Source: Phoronis australis
Lineage: Eukaryota; Animalia; Phoronida
Direction: 5' to 3'
Assembly: GCA_002633005.1 (NCBI GenBank)
Contig: NMRA01000086.1
Location: 408,817-472,816, forward strand
Length of the DNA: 64,000 bases
In this document: positions 46,457 to 58,459 of the stretch, one piece after another
How the letters are laid out: the number at the start of each line of letters is the position of its first letter
How positions within the stretch are numbered: position 1 is the first letter of the stretch
The notes under the pieces: generated by a model
Databases searched by the model: none
The model's input: only the letters and a program-made list of their open reading frames with translations
What the model was told of the DNA's origin: nothing
Made by a program: the position numbers and the translations under genes

Positions 46457-49258
46457 GTCAGCTGAATTTATTGTAAGTACTCAGTTTTGTCTCAAAATTC
46501 GCCTATTATTTGACTCACCATCAATCGGATGAAATCATTTAGATTTGAGCGCTGACCGAGTTTAAAACCAGTCATGTTTTCTTTCATCATGGCGAGACAC
46601 ATCTAGAAGTTTTGAATCTTTGATTAAAATGGGCCTTCGAGCAAATTAAATATACCCTTTCAGCATATCTGCAGATATTAAACAGAAATGATAACTCAGG
46701 AAAATTTTAAAAACCAGGAAAATCAGTTAGATTATGTCAGCTCAGTACAACGGATTACTTGAATACTTCAGAAGTAATAGAATCCTTATTGTGGCGATTC
46801 CACGGTGTTTGACCCCTCTGTTCAAGAAAAATGCCCAGTTATCGAGTAAGCGCTGAGCTCGTTGCTCTGGTTGACTCTACAGTTTTTTTTTTACCATTCA
46901 TGGTAAAGGCACGACAGAGTCCCCCTTTCGGTGAGGTTCAGTGGAAATAAATTCAGCAGCGTTTTGTGCTTAACGCCGGGAGGGGACACTAATACCGACA
47001 GTGTGATATCACCCATTACAGGAGCGCAGCTCTTACCACTTTAAAAAAACGTTGACCACGAACAATGAAGAAGATTGTCACACATAGTTTCAGTGTAAGA
47101 ACCACGTGATGCATGATTGCTGTGCCAGTGTGTAGTTGCAATTGAACTTTCTACTGTAGAATTTCTTGCTGTGCGTGGTAAGCGTTTTGTGGAGAATGGT
47201 AATATTAAAGAAGCTCTGTTATGGCAAGAGTTTTATTAAAATGTGGCTGTGACCGAGTCAACGGTAAAATAATACTAAACACTCAATAGTCTGTTGCAAC
47301 ACTTTATTTACTGTTCTCAGATGATTGCCGTGACCAAAAAAAGAAATTTGGTCTAATACCCAATCTGTCCGCACCTCATCTTGGGGCAACATTGTCCGGG
47401 AACATCGATGTACTTGCAGCCGGGCCCAACGTTCCATTTAGGACATCTACCAAGTACAAAAACAACTTCGCTAAATCTTGCTCACTAAAACTTCGATGGA
47501 GTTTAACAAACCACTGAACAGTATAAAAAAGAATTCTCTTCGTAAATTTTAAATATGACATATCAACGAGACTGCTTGACCTTGTTTGAACGTTTCGACC
47601 CCATCAAGCTAGGTTGCCCAAGATAGCCTTACTGATTACGTAGGCCTACTGTGTCGTTAGTCCGCTTTGATAGGAGTCGCTACATTCAACTATCCCAGAT
47701 CGTTCACGTAGACAACAAAACAAGCCCATTCATGAAGTGGTTTAAATGAGCTTAATAATTAGTTTTCCTATATAGTCGGTATTTCCTTGAACTAGTTGGG
47801 CAATATCACAACATGAATCCCGCAAACTGGATGAAATAGAACACCGACGTAGGAGACGGGGGAGGGGGTAAGTAATCCCGACTCATGACCTTGAGGAGTA
47901 GTTCCCCCTCCAAAGAGACGTAAGAAGCGAGGGAGAGCAGAGGGCGCATGCGCCCTCAAAAATTTGCAGGTGTGATGATGACGTTTCGGGCCCTGCCAGA
48001 GCATTTTTAGAGGACTACATTTTTTTAAGAATGTTGCATATTGGAATGTCACAACTCACTTGAAAACGTTCTCTTCGTACAACGAAAATATCGGAGAAAA
48101 TTTCTTATCCTCAGATTCTCCATAGCAAATTGATTAAGAATTTTTGACTGAAGGAGAGAATTTTTAGGGCTTGGAAATCTGTATTCCTAAAAGGACCCTC
48201 TCTGGCAGTAGATGTGGAATCATCTGTCGCTTACTTTTTCTGTTTTCTTTAACTTCGTTGCAAAAAATGCTTTCATACGGGCTTTTTCATTAGTTTGTGA
48301 CAAATCTGCCCAAAGCATAATTTGCGTTTCTTAGTACTTTTATCCAATTTTTGGTCATTTTCCCTCACAGTGGATTTTTTCACTCTGTGTGCGTGAAAAT
48401 AAAATTGGTACTGTTCATGCGCTTTATAGGCCCATGCGCTCATACATCCGAAGTTGTTTTTCAAAATCCAGTTTAATCAAGTGTTTCGCATATAGAGGCA
48501 TGCGCTTCAGTTTCGGGTATATGTGCAAACGTCTGTCTTTCGTATCGTTGTATTCTTTGCTGTGGATGAAGGCACTTGCAGTACCTTACAAAATCTCATA
48601 ATCTTGTCGTGGGAAAAATTTCTACTCGATTTGGTATGACAGCGGCAGCGCATATCTTGTTCTGTTAAAGGGATATTTTCAGTTGCATATGAGTGATTAT
48701 TGTTGGATGGTATATAGACTTCTTGGAGAAATTAGCTTTAACCAGAGCTTTAAAAATGCTGTATTTTCGTGATTTTATCACAAATCGCTAATTCTTGCTG
48801 TTGTCTGTCAGACACTCGCTGAAATCAAGGGCGGTGCCTTTACCATTTGGCTTTGGCTCAGCGGCATAGCATTCGGTAGGCAACACGTGATCTCTCGCCT
48901 AGCTCAGTACACAATGGCTACAATACTCCGCATCACGTTCTATACTAATTTCATCCCATGCATTTTAAACGGGAGGTAGTCCAAATCCGGTTACCGAATA
49001 ACAGGTTTTCACCTCGTTAAGAATACATTTTACACTTAAAAAATTGTGCGCTTACTTTCTTCAGCGATCTTTTCTGGTTCTACAAATATCTGGCGATGAA
49101 GCATGCCTAAGGGAATTAAGATAACTTAGGCCATAGAACTCTAATCCTGCTCCTGACCAGTGTATTCTGATATTAGAGCTCGCGACCCCGAGACCAGCCG
49201 CGTGAGTGTGGTGAATTTTCGGCTGTCTGCTAGACTGAGTTTTGATCGAGTGTTGTAG

Positions 49259-49972
49259 CCACAAGCGTCCTCAGCTTCTGATCGTCCCCAATACAATACA
49301 TATAATACTACAAGGTATGACACTCGGGACTAGAAATTCCACGCGTTTTTCGATTCAGCCGGCCACATCAAACACATAACTCAATAAATTTACACAAAAC
49401 AGGTGTTCAAAAAACCAAGAGAAATTGTTCTTTCTTATAATACCATTCACGATGCCCTGCTCCAGCGAATTCGCAAGAAATTCGCAGTCAAAGCACAAAA
49501 TGGGGCCAAAAAGCCCAAACACACTTCGCACTTTGACGGTTCGAGGTCAACGAAGAAATTGCCGGTTTGTCGCGTAAAGTTACGATGTCGATAACGCTGT
49601 CCATCCGTAATTCATCGGTAATTTCCGTACCCGTCCTTGACCTCGAACCGTCAAAGTGCGAAGTGTGTTTGGGCTTTTTGGGAACATTTTTGTGCTTTGA
49701 CTGTATCGAAATACCCGTAGAATTTCCAGTCCCGACTGAGCAGCCGGTGGATCCAGGATTTTGAGTTAGGGGGGCCAGGGCAGAGTATCAGCCAAGATTT
49801 TGCCCGTCAGACTTTCGCACGTACCCCCGAACTGCCAAATGGAATCTGGGAGAATTTGGGGGGCATGGCCCCCTTGGCCCGCCTCCTCTAAATCCGCCAT
49901 AGCCGAGTGTCACATACCTTGTCGTATTATATAGCGTCTTTGGGACGCGATCAGAAGCTGAGGACGCTGTGG
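49259..49972. mobile_element. Palindromic (foldback) MITE with a nested 5-bp-TSD MITE
   Basis: Outer arms gcgtcctcagcttctgatcg / cgatcagaagctgaggacgc; inner arms 49485-49550 / 49637-49703 nearly perfect. Confidence 0.8.
49741..49902 (-). mobile_element. 5-bp-TSD family MITE (reverse orientation)
   Basis: Reverse complement of the 19979-20141 type; flanks ctgag / ccgag. Confidence 0.8.
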
Positions 49973-50294
49973 TTTTAGCTATATCAAACAACTTGAAGCC
50001 TAATTTCACTGCTTCGTTTTCATTTTGACATTTGATGTTTATCCTAAGCGAGATTCTTGAAGTACGGTTCTAGACAACCAGTGATTACCCGGCTAAATTA
50101 GTCAACAATCTCGATAAATACATTATTGGTCATTCTTTATACGCACCGACCCGTGACTCTGGCCGAATACCGGGAATAGTCTGGCCTCTAACTACCTCTT
50201 CATCTCCAGCCTTAGTTAGAACCTCTTTAGTTGGACAACCTACCAAATTGCATGCTGGGAGTCTTTTAACAAGGCATTTCTGAAGAACTAAATT

Positions 50295-50830
50295 ACACTG
50301 CTCTTGCCAAATGCAGTTATCCACGTTGGTCATTCAAGGGTTATAAATCATGTGTTGTCTATGGTGTTCAGTGAAAGGATCCCCAGGGCTCAGACAGTTA
50401 CATTGGTGAAAGAAACAGTCCATAAAAATGCGTACAACATCGTCGACCAAGTTACGAGGTCACACTTGTGATTCGGCTAGCGGCCACCTGTGCGGCACTG
50501 GATATGATTTCAATACTGATGATGTCATGATCCTAGACTTTGAGGAAGACTGGTTCAGTAGGGGTGTAAAGGAAGCTCTCCACGAGCGCATTGAGAGTCC
50601 TTCTTTAAATAAAAGAGGCGGTTTAAGATTCGATTTGTCACACGTATGGGATGGTGTTCTGACGTCAACTTTGATGCCGCGCCGTCTGGTGAAAACGCCA
50701 CCAATTGGCCAGAATAACGATAACGTCACAAGCCAAGCTGAAGTCCGTGAAATGCGGACGCAACGTCGCTAATTTTTAGTAAGTTTTTATTCCAGTATTA
50801 GACTCAAACTTGATCTACTGTAATGTAGGC
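50295..50830 (+). mobile_element. Penelope-like retroelement 3' remnant (GIY-YIG endonuclease, decayed hammerhead)
   Basis: LAKCSYPRWSF, VVYGVQ*...DSYIGE, QHRRPS, HLCGTGYDFNTDDVMILDFEEDWFSRGVKEALHERIESPSLNKRGGLRFDLSHVWD; then ctgaag-tccg..cgga-c-gcaa-cgtc at 50738-50767. Confidence 0.85.
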
Positions 50831-51771
50831 CTAGTTGATCTCTCAACATGACTCCCAAGAACACTCCAACCAGCAGTTGGCCGCATCAATATACCCGGGG
50901 TATCGCTGACGTCTTATCTATCTCAATCGGACCCGTCTACTCCCGACATTTCTAACGGGGAGCTATTGAAACTTTTGAATGATACAATTGAGAACTTGAA
51001 ATCAGAGTTTTTTAAAGAATTTGATGATCTGCGACAAGACTACTATGTAGCACGAGAGGAAATTCGTCGTCTACATGCTGAAAAGGTGAAATATCTTGAG
51101 TCTAAACTAGACGACCTAGAGAATCGATGAAGACGCTACAACTTGATCTTTCATGGCATACCGGAGGANTAAAGGAAGCTCTCCACGAGCGCATTGAGAG
51201 TCCTTCTTTAAATAAAAGAGGCGGTTTAAGATTCGATTTGTCACACGTATGGGATGGTGTTCTGACGTCAACTTTGATGCCGCGCCGTCTGGTGAAAACG
51301 CCACCAATTGGCCAGAATAACGATAACGTCACAAGCCAAGCTGAAGTCCGTGAAATGCGGACGCAACGTCGCTAATTTTTAGTAAGTTTTTATTCCAGTA
51401 TTAGACTCAAACTTGATCTACTGTAATGTAGGCCTAGTTGATCTCTCAACATGACTCCCAAGAACACTCCAACCAGCAGTTGGCCGCATCAATATACCCG
51501 GGGTATCACTGACGTCTTATCTATCTCAATCGGACCCGTCTACTCCCGACATTTCTAACGGGGAGCTATTGAAACTTTTGAATGATACAATTGAGAACTT
51601 GAAATCAGAGTTTTTTAAAGAACTTGATGATCTGCGACAAGACTACTATGTAGCACGAGAGGAAATTCGTCGTCTACATGCTGAAAAGGTGAAATATCTT
51701 GAGTCTAAACTAGACGACCTAGAGAATCGATGAAGACGCTACAACTTGATCTTTCATGGCATACCGGAGGA
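50567..51771 (+). repeat. 602-bp direct duplication separated by a single N (probable assembly overlap)
   Basis: 50567-51168 matches 51170-51771 except for 2 substitutions seen; N at 51169. Confidence 0.9.
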
Positions 51772-52590
51772 GAATCACGAATCGTGGCAACAGTCTGAGT
51801 CCAAAGTTACCGACTTTTTGAAGGACTGCCAGGATGTTGATGGTGTCATAATCGAATGAGCTCACAGACTTGGTCGCATAACTGCAAACAAACACCGCCC
51901 GATAATTGCAAAAATGAGGTCTAAAGATAAAGAGAAGGTTCTGCAGAATAAGAAGAACAATAACACTGATGTCCTCGTCACTCAGGATTTCTCCGCACCT
52001 GTGAAGAAGGCGAGGCGGCGTTTGTATGAATTCTCGCGCGGTGGTTTCTGGACAATCCCCGGAAACTGGTGTTTATACGGATTTGATGTGAATGGCGCAG
52101 CAGGTTACTAGTGTTCAGGCCATGGCCCTACACTTTCAATGGTTTCTTGGAATGCACAAGGATTTGAAAATAAAATTGTTAGGGACGAAGTTCAAATATA
52201 CTTATCTACTTACGATATAATTTGTATCTGTGAAACATGGGGAAAACGCTCAGATCAATTTGAGCTGTCAGGCTATGACTCGTTTAATCTATGTTATAAT
52301 AAGAAAGAAGAAAAGGTAGAAACTCTGGAGGCGTTAGTATTTTCGTTAAACAATCAATTTCTAAATATTTCAAGCGCATACATTCACAGTTTCCCTTTGG
52401 TATCTGTTTGAAATGCGAAAGGGAACTATTTGGTGTTGTTCGGGATGTTTTGATGTTTTTTGTTTATTTACTCCCTGAGGGTTCAAGTTCATGTTTAAGT
52501 GGCACAGGTTCGCCAGAGAACAGTGGTATATTATTGTTGCATAGAGAGATTACAAACTTGACTGATCGTTTCAGTGATTTCCTTTTTATG
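51451..52590 (+). mobile_element. Decayed LINE 5' part: ORF1 plus APE endonuclease start
   Basis: ORF1 motifs LDDLENR*RRYNLIFHGIPE, IE*AHRLG, RPIIAK, VTQDFS; ORF2 motifs VSWNAQG, DIICICETW, GRNSGGV, VYLLPEGS; stops and frameshifts. 5' part duplicated at 50848-51168. Confidence 0.85.
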
Positions 52591-54168
52591 TTACTATTAA
52601 ACCCTGTTATTTTGGTAACACTCTCGGTTTTTAGAACAAAAAATATTTTTAAAGCTGTCAGCTATGTGAAATGATAATTACAAATCGAATTATACATCAT
52701 CAAGAATTGGTGAATGGCTTTCTAATGATATGACTCCTAGTCACTTCGGCTGAAAAACAGCTGAGTTGCGAAAAGGTTTAGGACACTACCGGTAAATTCC
52801 ACAGCAATCTTCAGCACAGGAACAAACGAACGCAAAAATGCCGCGCATGCGGCAACTTCACCACCGCGAAATCGAAGTTGGCATTACAGGGCTAGAGTTC
52901 TATGCTTTAGCGAAAAATTCCAACCCCACTTTTTGGACACTGTTACCATTTTGAGGGCGTGCAATTGATTTCACTAGTTACGTAGGCAAGGACAAGACGC
53001 CCCGTCCGTTCCAACCACCATACTCCTGTTCAAGAGTATTAAAATGCAAGCCGTTACATGCTTACAGCTCACTGTAATATATTACTGCAAAAATTACACA
53101 GTAACACTCTTCAACGACTCCTACATCAGTGTTACAGTGCGCCCCAAGATCAAGTCGATGTTTATACTCTCGTTGACAAGATTTTCGCTTACATTCAGCT
53201 TCGAGTCTAACGTCAATCTCTATTCGCACCGAATTTACAAAATGGCAGCCTCAAATGAAAGTACCGCTATCCCAGAACTCTCAGGTCTCGCGACTTCACA
53301 CTTGTTGTCGTTGCTCAAAGAAAAGGCCGCCTCATTTTGGGTGGTGTTTTACGTATTGTAGAAATATATTACAGTGAGTTACAAGCCTGTAACGGTTTGC
53401 ATTTTAATAGATGCTTGAATACAGTTACGGTGTTGGGAACGGATGGGACAAGTGCGAGACTGAGCGAAGTGCTTGACCTTACACGTGACACTTGCAACAT
53501 ATACCTTGGGAAGGTGGACTTTTTGTTCGTCAACAAGCGTGATTTCGCGTAACTTCCTCAAAATCTCACCTGGTGAGGGAAGCTCGAGCGAATCGCGATT
53601 GATTTTCATGGATATGTTCAAATCATGTTGACTAAATCTCCAGAGTCATGGTATGTGTTAATTATAACTCGATGTCTATGCATGCATTCGCTGTATTTTG
53701 AAATGATTAAGTTTTATGTGGGTGTATTTATGCCCCTGTATGCCTGCGTCATACAGGGCGATGTAATTGCCTATGCGTTCGGCTGCTACTTTTGCTCTAC
53801 TCGTTTCTGTAAAAGTACTTTCCTTGTCGAGAATGTCCCTTTAAGCTCACTTGAGATTTTTTGTAAATGAAAAGAGTAACACTTATCAGTCTCGTTTAGT
53901 GACTAACTGTCGCAATATTGGTATTAATGTTTTCAGCACTTGAGAAAAACGAAAAACTCTACTGCACTGTCGCGCCATTAGGCCCAGGGGGGTCTGTGCG
54001 GAATGCGCTCATGCGCGAACCACATGGTTAAAAGAAAAGTGGCTGAAAAGAGGCTCGTTCTACGATCGAACACTAGATGGAGTAACTGATTCTTGCATTC
54101 ATAGCACTTAAGTGGCACTGAATTAGAGTTAGTTGCAATGCCAAATATTGAAATTTAGGGGTAAGGCA

Positions 54169-55121
54169 CATAGGCGGATTTAGGGGGGGACAGGCCCCCC
54201 CTTGGCTGCCGCAAAAAAATATAACAGCAAGAGCATAGGGAATGTTGAGTTTATTAATTAACTCCGGTAATTAAAATTATACAGCTGAAACAAAATTTAA
54301 ATGTGTGCAGTTTTAGTGTTTGGGGGGAGGGGGCTCAGATCCAATTTCAAGTGTCAAATTCGGAACACGGCGCAATCGTAACGGAACTATGGTTAAGTAT
54401 AGGCTCTCCCGCGATATCTCAGGTGACCGACAGTGGCGCTGGGCACTACGACTCCGGCATTTCCGTTGTCTGCTCCACTGTGCAATGAAGGAAATTACTT
54501 CATTTTTTAAAGAAAGTGGAATCTTTGTGATGATGAAAAAACAGAAGCTGCTGGTAATATGTCAATTTTAATCGAAGCCTTAGTGAATCACTCAGAAACT
54601 CATAATTCTCTCTTTGTCAAACCTTAACTTAAGACGATTTCCAAAGCAATCGCGTCATTATTGCCAACACAAAAAACGGATTTGGTCTTTTGGGCGATTG
54701 AAGACTATTTTAAATACAACAAATTTGTAACGAACTGATTGCACAAAATATAAAACATGTAATAAGCATTTAATTTTCAAAAAAGGTTTCGCGCGCAAAC
54801 GCTGTGACCATAAACAAATAGGTCTCTTAGTATCAAGCTAGGAGTTAAATGGTGGTGGTGCAGTGGTAAATCACGTGCGCTCTATCCGCCAGGGCGCTAG
54901 TTCGAGTCTGTGACGCTTGTAGTTTTTCCTGTTTGACACTTTCTCGGGTTTTTTTTTGCCTTTTTTCTTGGATAATACTTCGGGAATCAAGGAAAATGCT
55001 TGATTTTTACAAGGAAAAACAGAAAAATTCCCTGGGATATGCGCATCTACAATCGTGCTTTGAGCAAATGTTTACAGACAAAATGTTGCCCCCCCCTTGT
55101 GATATCCTAGATCCGCCAATG
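54169..55121 (-). mobile_element. Full-length ~950-bp member of the 5-bp-TSD family
   Basis: Termini cataggcggattt / gatccgccaatg match the 11114-11439 termini; flanks aggca / gagca (degenerate); tRNA-like A and B boxes at 54856-54908. Confidence 0.75.
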
Positions 55122-58100
55122 GAGCAGGCTTGGGGCAGCTTTTAGCTAGGTGTTGCTTGTAGGCTCAATGAATGTGGCTTGTTTGTATTTTTGAACACTT
55201 GTGCGGCTGTAGCTGCACTCTTCTTTAAGATGGCGGTCCTTGCTGCATTTGTGCATTCCTGGGCAGTGACTGAAAAATCGGCTGAAAATTTGAGGTAGCC
55301 CTCAACAAGCCAGAATTGTCATAAAATTAGGTGTTTGCCAGTGCTTTTGGACCATACTTTTGGAATCGGTAGGAAATTTGCATCCAGAAGCTAATTTTGG
55401 CTTGTGTCGGGCATTGGCAGGGAACTGGTTGTGTTGGGGTGAAAGGGCCGACTCAGTGTTTTTTACCCCTTTTTCTTAGCTTAATTAGCTTGCTTTTCAA
55501 CAAGAGTGAAAGAGTCAAAAATACTAGACACAATAAATTTCTCTGCTCATCTGTAGTGCTTGTGATGTGAAATGATTCAAAACTTTTCATCTATGCATAC
55601 ATTTTTGTCAGAGTGAAGAAAGTGTGACGAGTCTGTTGACGCGTGTTCTGATGGGCAAACCCCAATGAGAACTGTTCTGTGCCCCCTTAGACTGGCATCT
55701 AGCCCAAGGTGGCACAGTAGTTATTCTGTAGCTTTGGTCAAATTGAGATGAAATTCAAATCCCTAGAAATTGAATGTCAGGGGTAGGCCAGGTTTGACGG
55801 CAATTTTGAGGTAGGCATTACTAGCAAGTTCAGTGAATCAGGTTTGCTTAAGTTTGTGAACATGTTGGGAACGAGAAAATTTGGTTGTAGATTCATTTTC
55901 TTCTATGTGTCGGCTCTATAGCATTGCTGCGTTTCTGCCTAGCGACTAAGTGAGATATCTGCTGCGATTTCAGGTAACCCTCAAACAACCCAGAACTGCT
56001 AAAAATCCATTAGGTAGATGGCAGCACTTTTGGATCATTTTTGGAACACTGCTTTCAAAATCGTGTGTTGCCGTATGTCTAGCACTGGCACGGAAATGGT
56101 GATTTTGGACAGAAAATTTGTCATTTTTCATCTTATCTTTTGTCATACTTTTCGGAGCCTGACTTTCATTTTGGTGAGAGTAAAAAGGCCAAAAATACGG
56201 AACAGTATAAAGTTCAGTTGTGTGGTCGTGTGCAGAGCTTTTGATGTGAAATGACTTGCATCGTGTCATTTGTTCATACAGATTTCGACAGAGCGAAATA
56301 AAGGTGAAACATCCAATGATGTGCGGTCTGCCGGGCAAACCCAGTGAAAACTGCATAGTGCCTCCAACAAAACTAAGCAACGCCCTGATTTTAAAGCATT
56401 GATCATCATTTCAAATTGTCTCTCATTTCTCTTATTTTTGTAACTTTTCCGAGACAAATATTAATTCAATTGGTCCACAATAACTTTAATTGTGTGTTGT
56501 TGCCTTTTGCATAATCTTAATGATACAAAAATAGAAGAAATGCTGTACTGTGGTTCAAAAGAAAGTGTTTTACTCGACTGGCATTGAATCAGCGAGCAAG
56601 CTGATGACAACCTGCCTTTACCATTTGCATTATGACTGACGTTACGACTGTTGGTTATGCATAAAAGCATGCTTTTCATATTCAGCTAAATTAAACACCA
56701 GTTCACCGCATCCTTTGCTGAAAAACCAGATGTCAGAGTTCATTAGACTCATACTAATTGAGGCTGGATACTAGACTAATAAGCACTTCGGGTGACAAAT
56801 TTACCTGTCTCTGCATTCGTAACGCACAGGGTCGGTCTTCAAGCACTTGCAAATCAGAGAGCAACCGTCTTCCCACACCTCGTCAACATTGTATACCTTG
56901 TCTTTGTAACTACACGCTGTAAACATGATTATTAATACCGATTTTTTTCATTTTAAACAGATTTTGAGTCTTTTACAAAATTGCAAACACATGATAGGAC
57001 GAAAACGTTTAGTTTTAACCGCCGAACATCCACCCATCCCCATAGTAAGCCAATCCCGCAGCAAGTGGCGTATTAGTTAAAAATCTTAGCCCGGCATCCA
57101 CTGTTCTGATTTTCAGAAGATATCATACTTGAATTTTCACAGGTTACGTAGTTTTACAAATATCATCGCTAAAAATTTTTAAGAACACACATGGCCCCGC
57201 TTCTATGTCAATTTCCATAAGTAAATAACACGGAAATTCGCTTCGAGGGTACATAAACAGGTCAAAATGGCCACATTTCACTAAATTATACATTCATATA
57301 TTACGTTTATGTAGCCGACAAGCGAATGCTAAAATCATAGAATGTGCTAAACTACAGCTTTGCTAGCACCATTTTCACGTCAAAGTTGGGTTTGTGTTCA
57401 CCTCGGGGAAATTTTGTGACGTCAGTCCCCGTCGAACTATACATGCGTTCTTTCATTACCAACACGACACACTTCTTCTGTAATTAGTTTAAAAAGACTA
57501 ACCAATCACGGTGGGAGTAAAAATGACTGTCTTCCGGTTCGGGTCGTAAGGGTTTTTGAAGTGTAGCACGGTGAGTCTTGTTGAAGTTTCCCGCGTTCGT
57601 CTACCTAAGATTGTCAAAAGAATACCTGGACACGTAACTGTTCATGATGCGAAACAAAACAGTGAGTTAAGAGCTTGTTTAAAAAAAATGAAATGAACAC
57701 AGCATATTTTACTAATCCAGTTTTTGCGTATTTTCAGAATATATTTTCGAAGCCAAATATCGTTCAAATTTGACATAAGGCGCAATACAGGGGTTGCTTG
57801 AACAATGCATCAGGGTCGATAGACATTTTTCATGCTTGGTCCTTAACGCGGTTTAAAGTACGCTGATGGACTCACTATACATGTATGTGATATCAAAACA
57901 CAAAAATGTATACGTTTAAACACATTCTGTATAGAGTTTTCTCTGTATTTGTACTCGTTGATACAGAAACATGTCAAAAACATACAACACAAGCAAACGA
58001 AAGAACATAATACTAATGAAAATACTAACTGGATGACACAGTTCACAACAAAATTCATTTATTACACGAACCCCGTAAAAAACACAGGTAGCTGAGACAT

Positions 58101-58124
58101 TGTGATGTAGGCAGTTTACTTGAG

Positions 58125-58452
58125 GCATACAATAAAGTATGTGAGGGACGGCATGTCCATCAAAGCAGCAGCTGCAAAATTCAAGGTGCCGTACCAAACA
58201 CTAAGCGATCACATGCGTGGTATGATAGAACTTGAATGCGTCACAGTGGGCGTGTCTCAGATCTTCAGTGTGCAACAGGGAGCCTTAATCGTCAACCATA
58301 TTGAGGAAGTGGCAAGTCTTAGATATACTTTACAAGACGAGAAATCGTCACCATGGCGACGGAGTGGTGATTCAAGCAAGGAATCAAGAAGCGAGGAGAA
58401 AATTTATTCCATCAAGTGGTCCAGAGGGTTTGTCAACCGCTGGTCGAAGTAG
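58125..58452 (+). pseudogene. pogo/Tigger-like transposase N-terminal fragment (HTH_psq plus CENP-B-type HTH)
   Basis: IKYVRDGMSIKAAAAKFKVPYQTLSDHMRG...IFSVQQGALIVNHIEEVASL...KWSRGFVNRW; truncated by the adjacent LINE. Confidence 0.75.
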
Positions 58453-58459
58453 AAAGTTG

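Noticed and set aside
50567-51771. 602-bp tandem duplication resembling a Penelope pseudo-LTR pair or recent duplication
   Set aside because: The copies are separated by a single N, differ at only about 2 positions and span a Penelope/LINE junction. This is typical of overlapping contig ends or haplotypes joined in scaffolding.
45259-55121. ~9.9-kb composite transposon bounded by inverted MITE copies
   Set aside because: Outer flanks (gtata versus gagca) are not a TSD, and the right copy has both of its own termini, so these are independent insertions.
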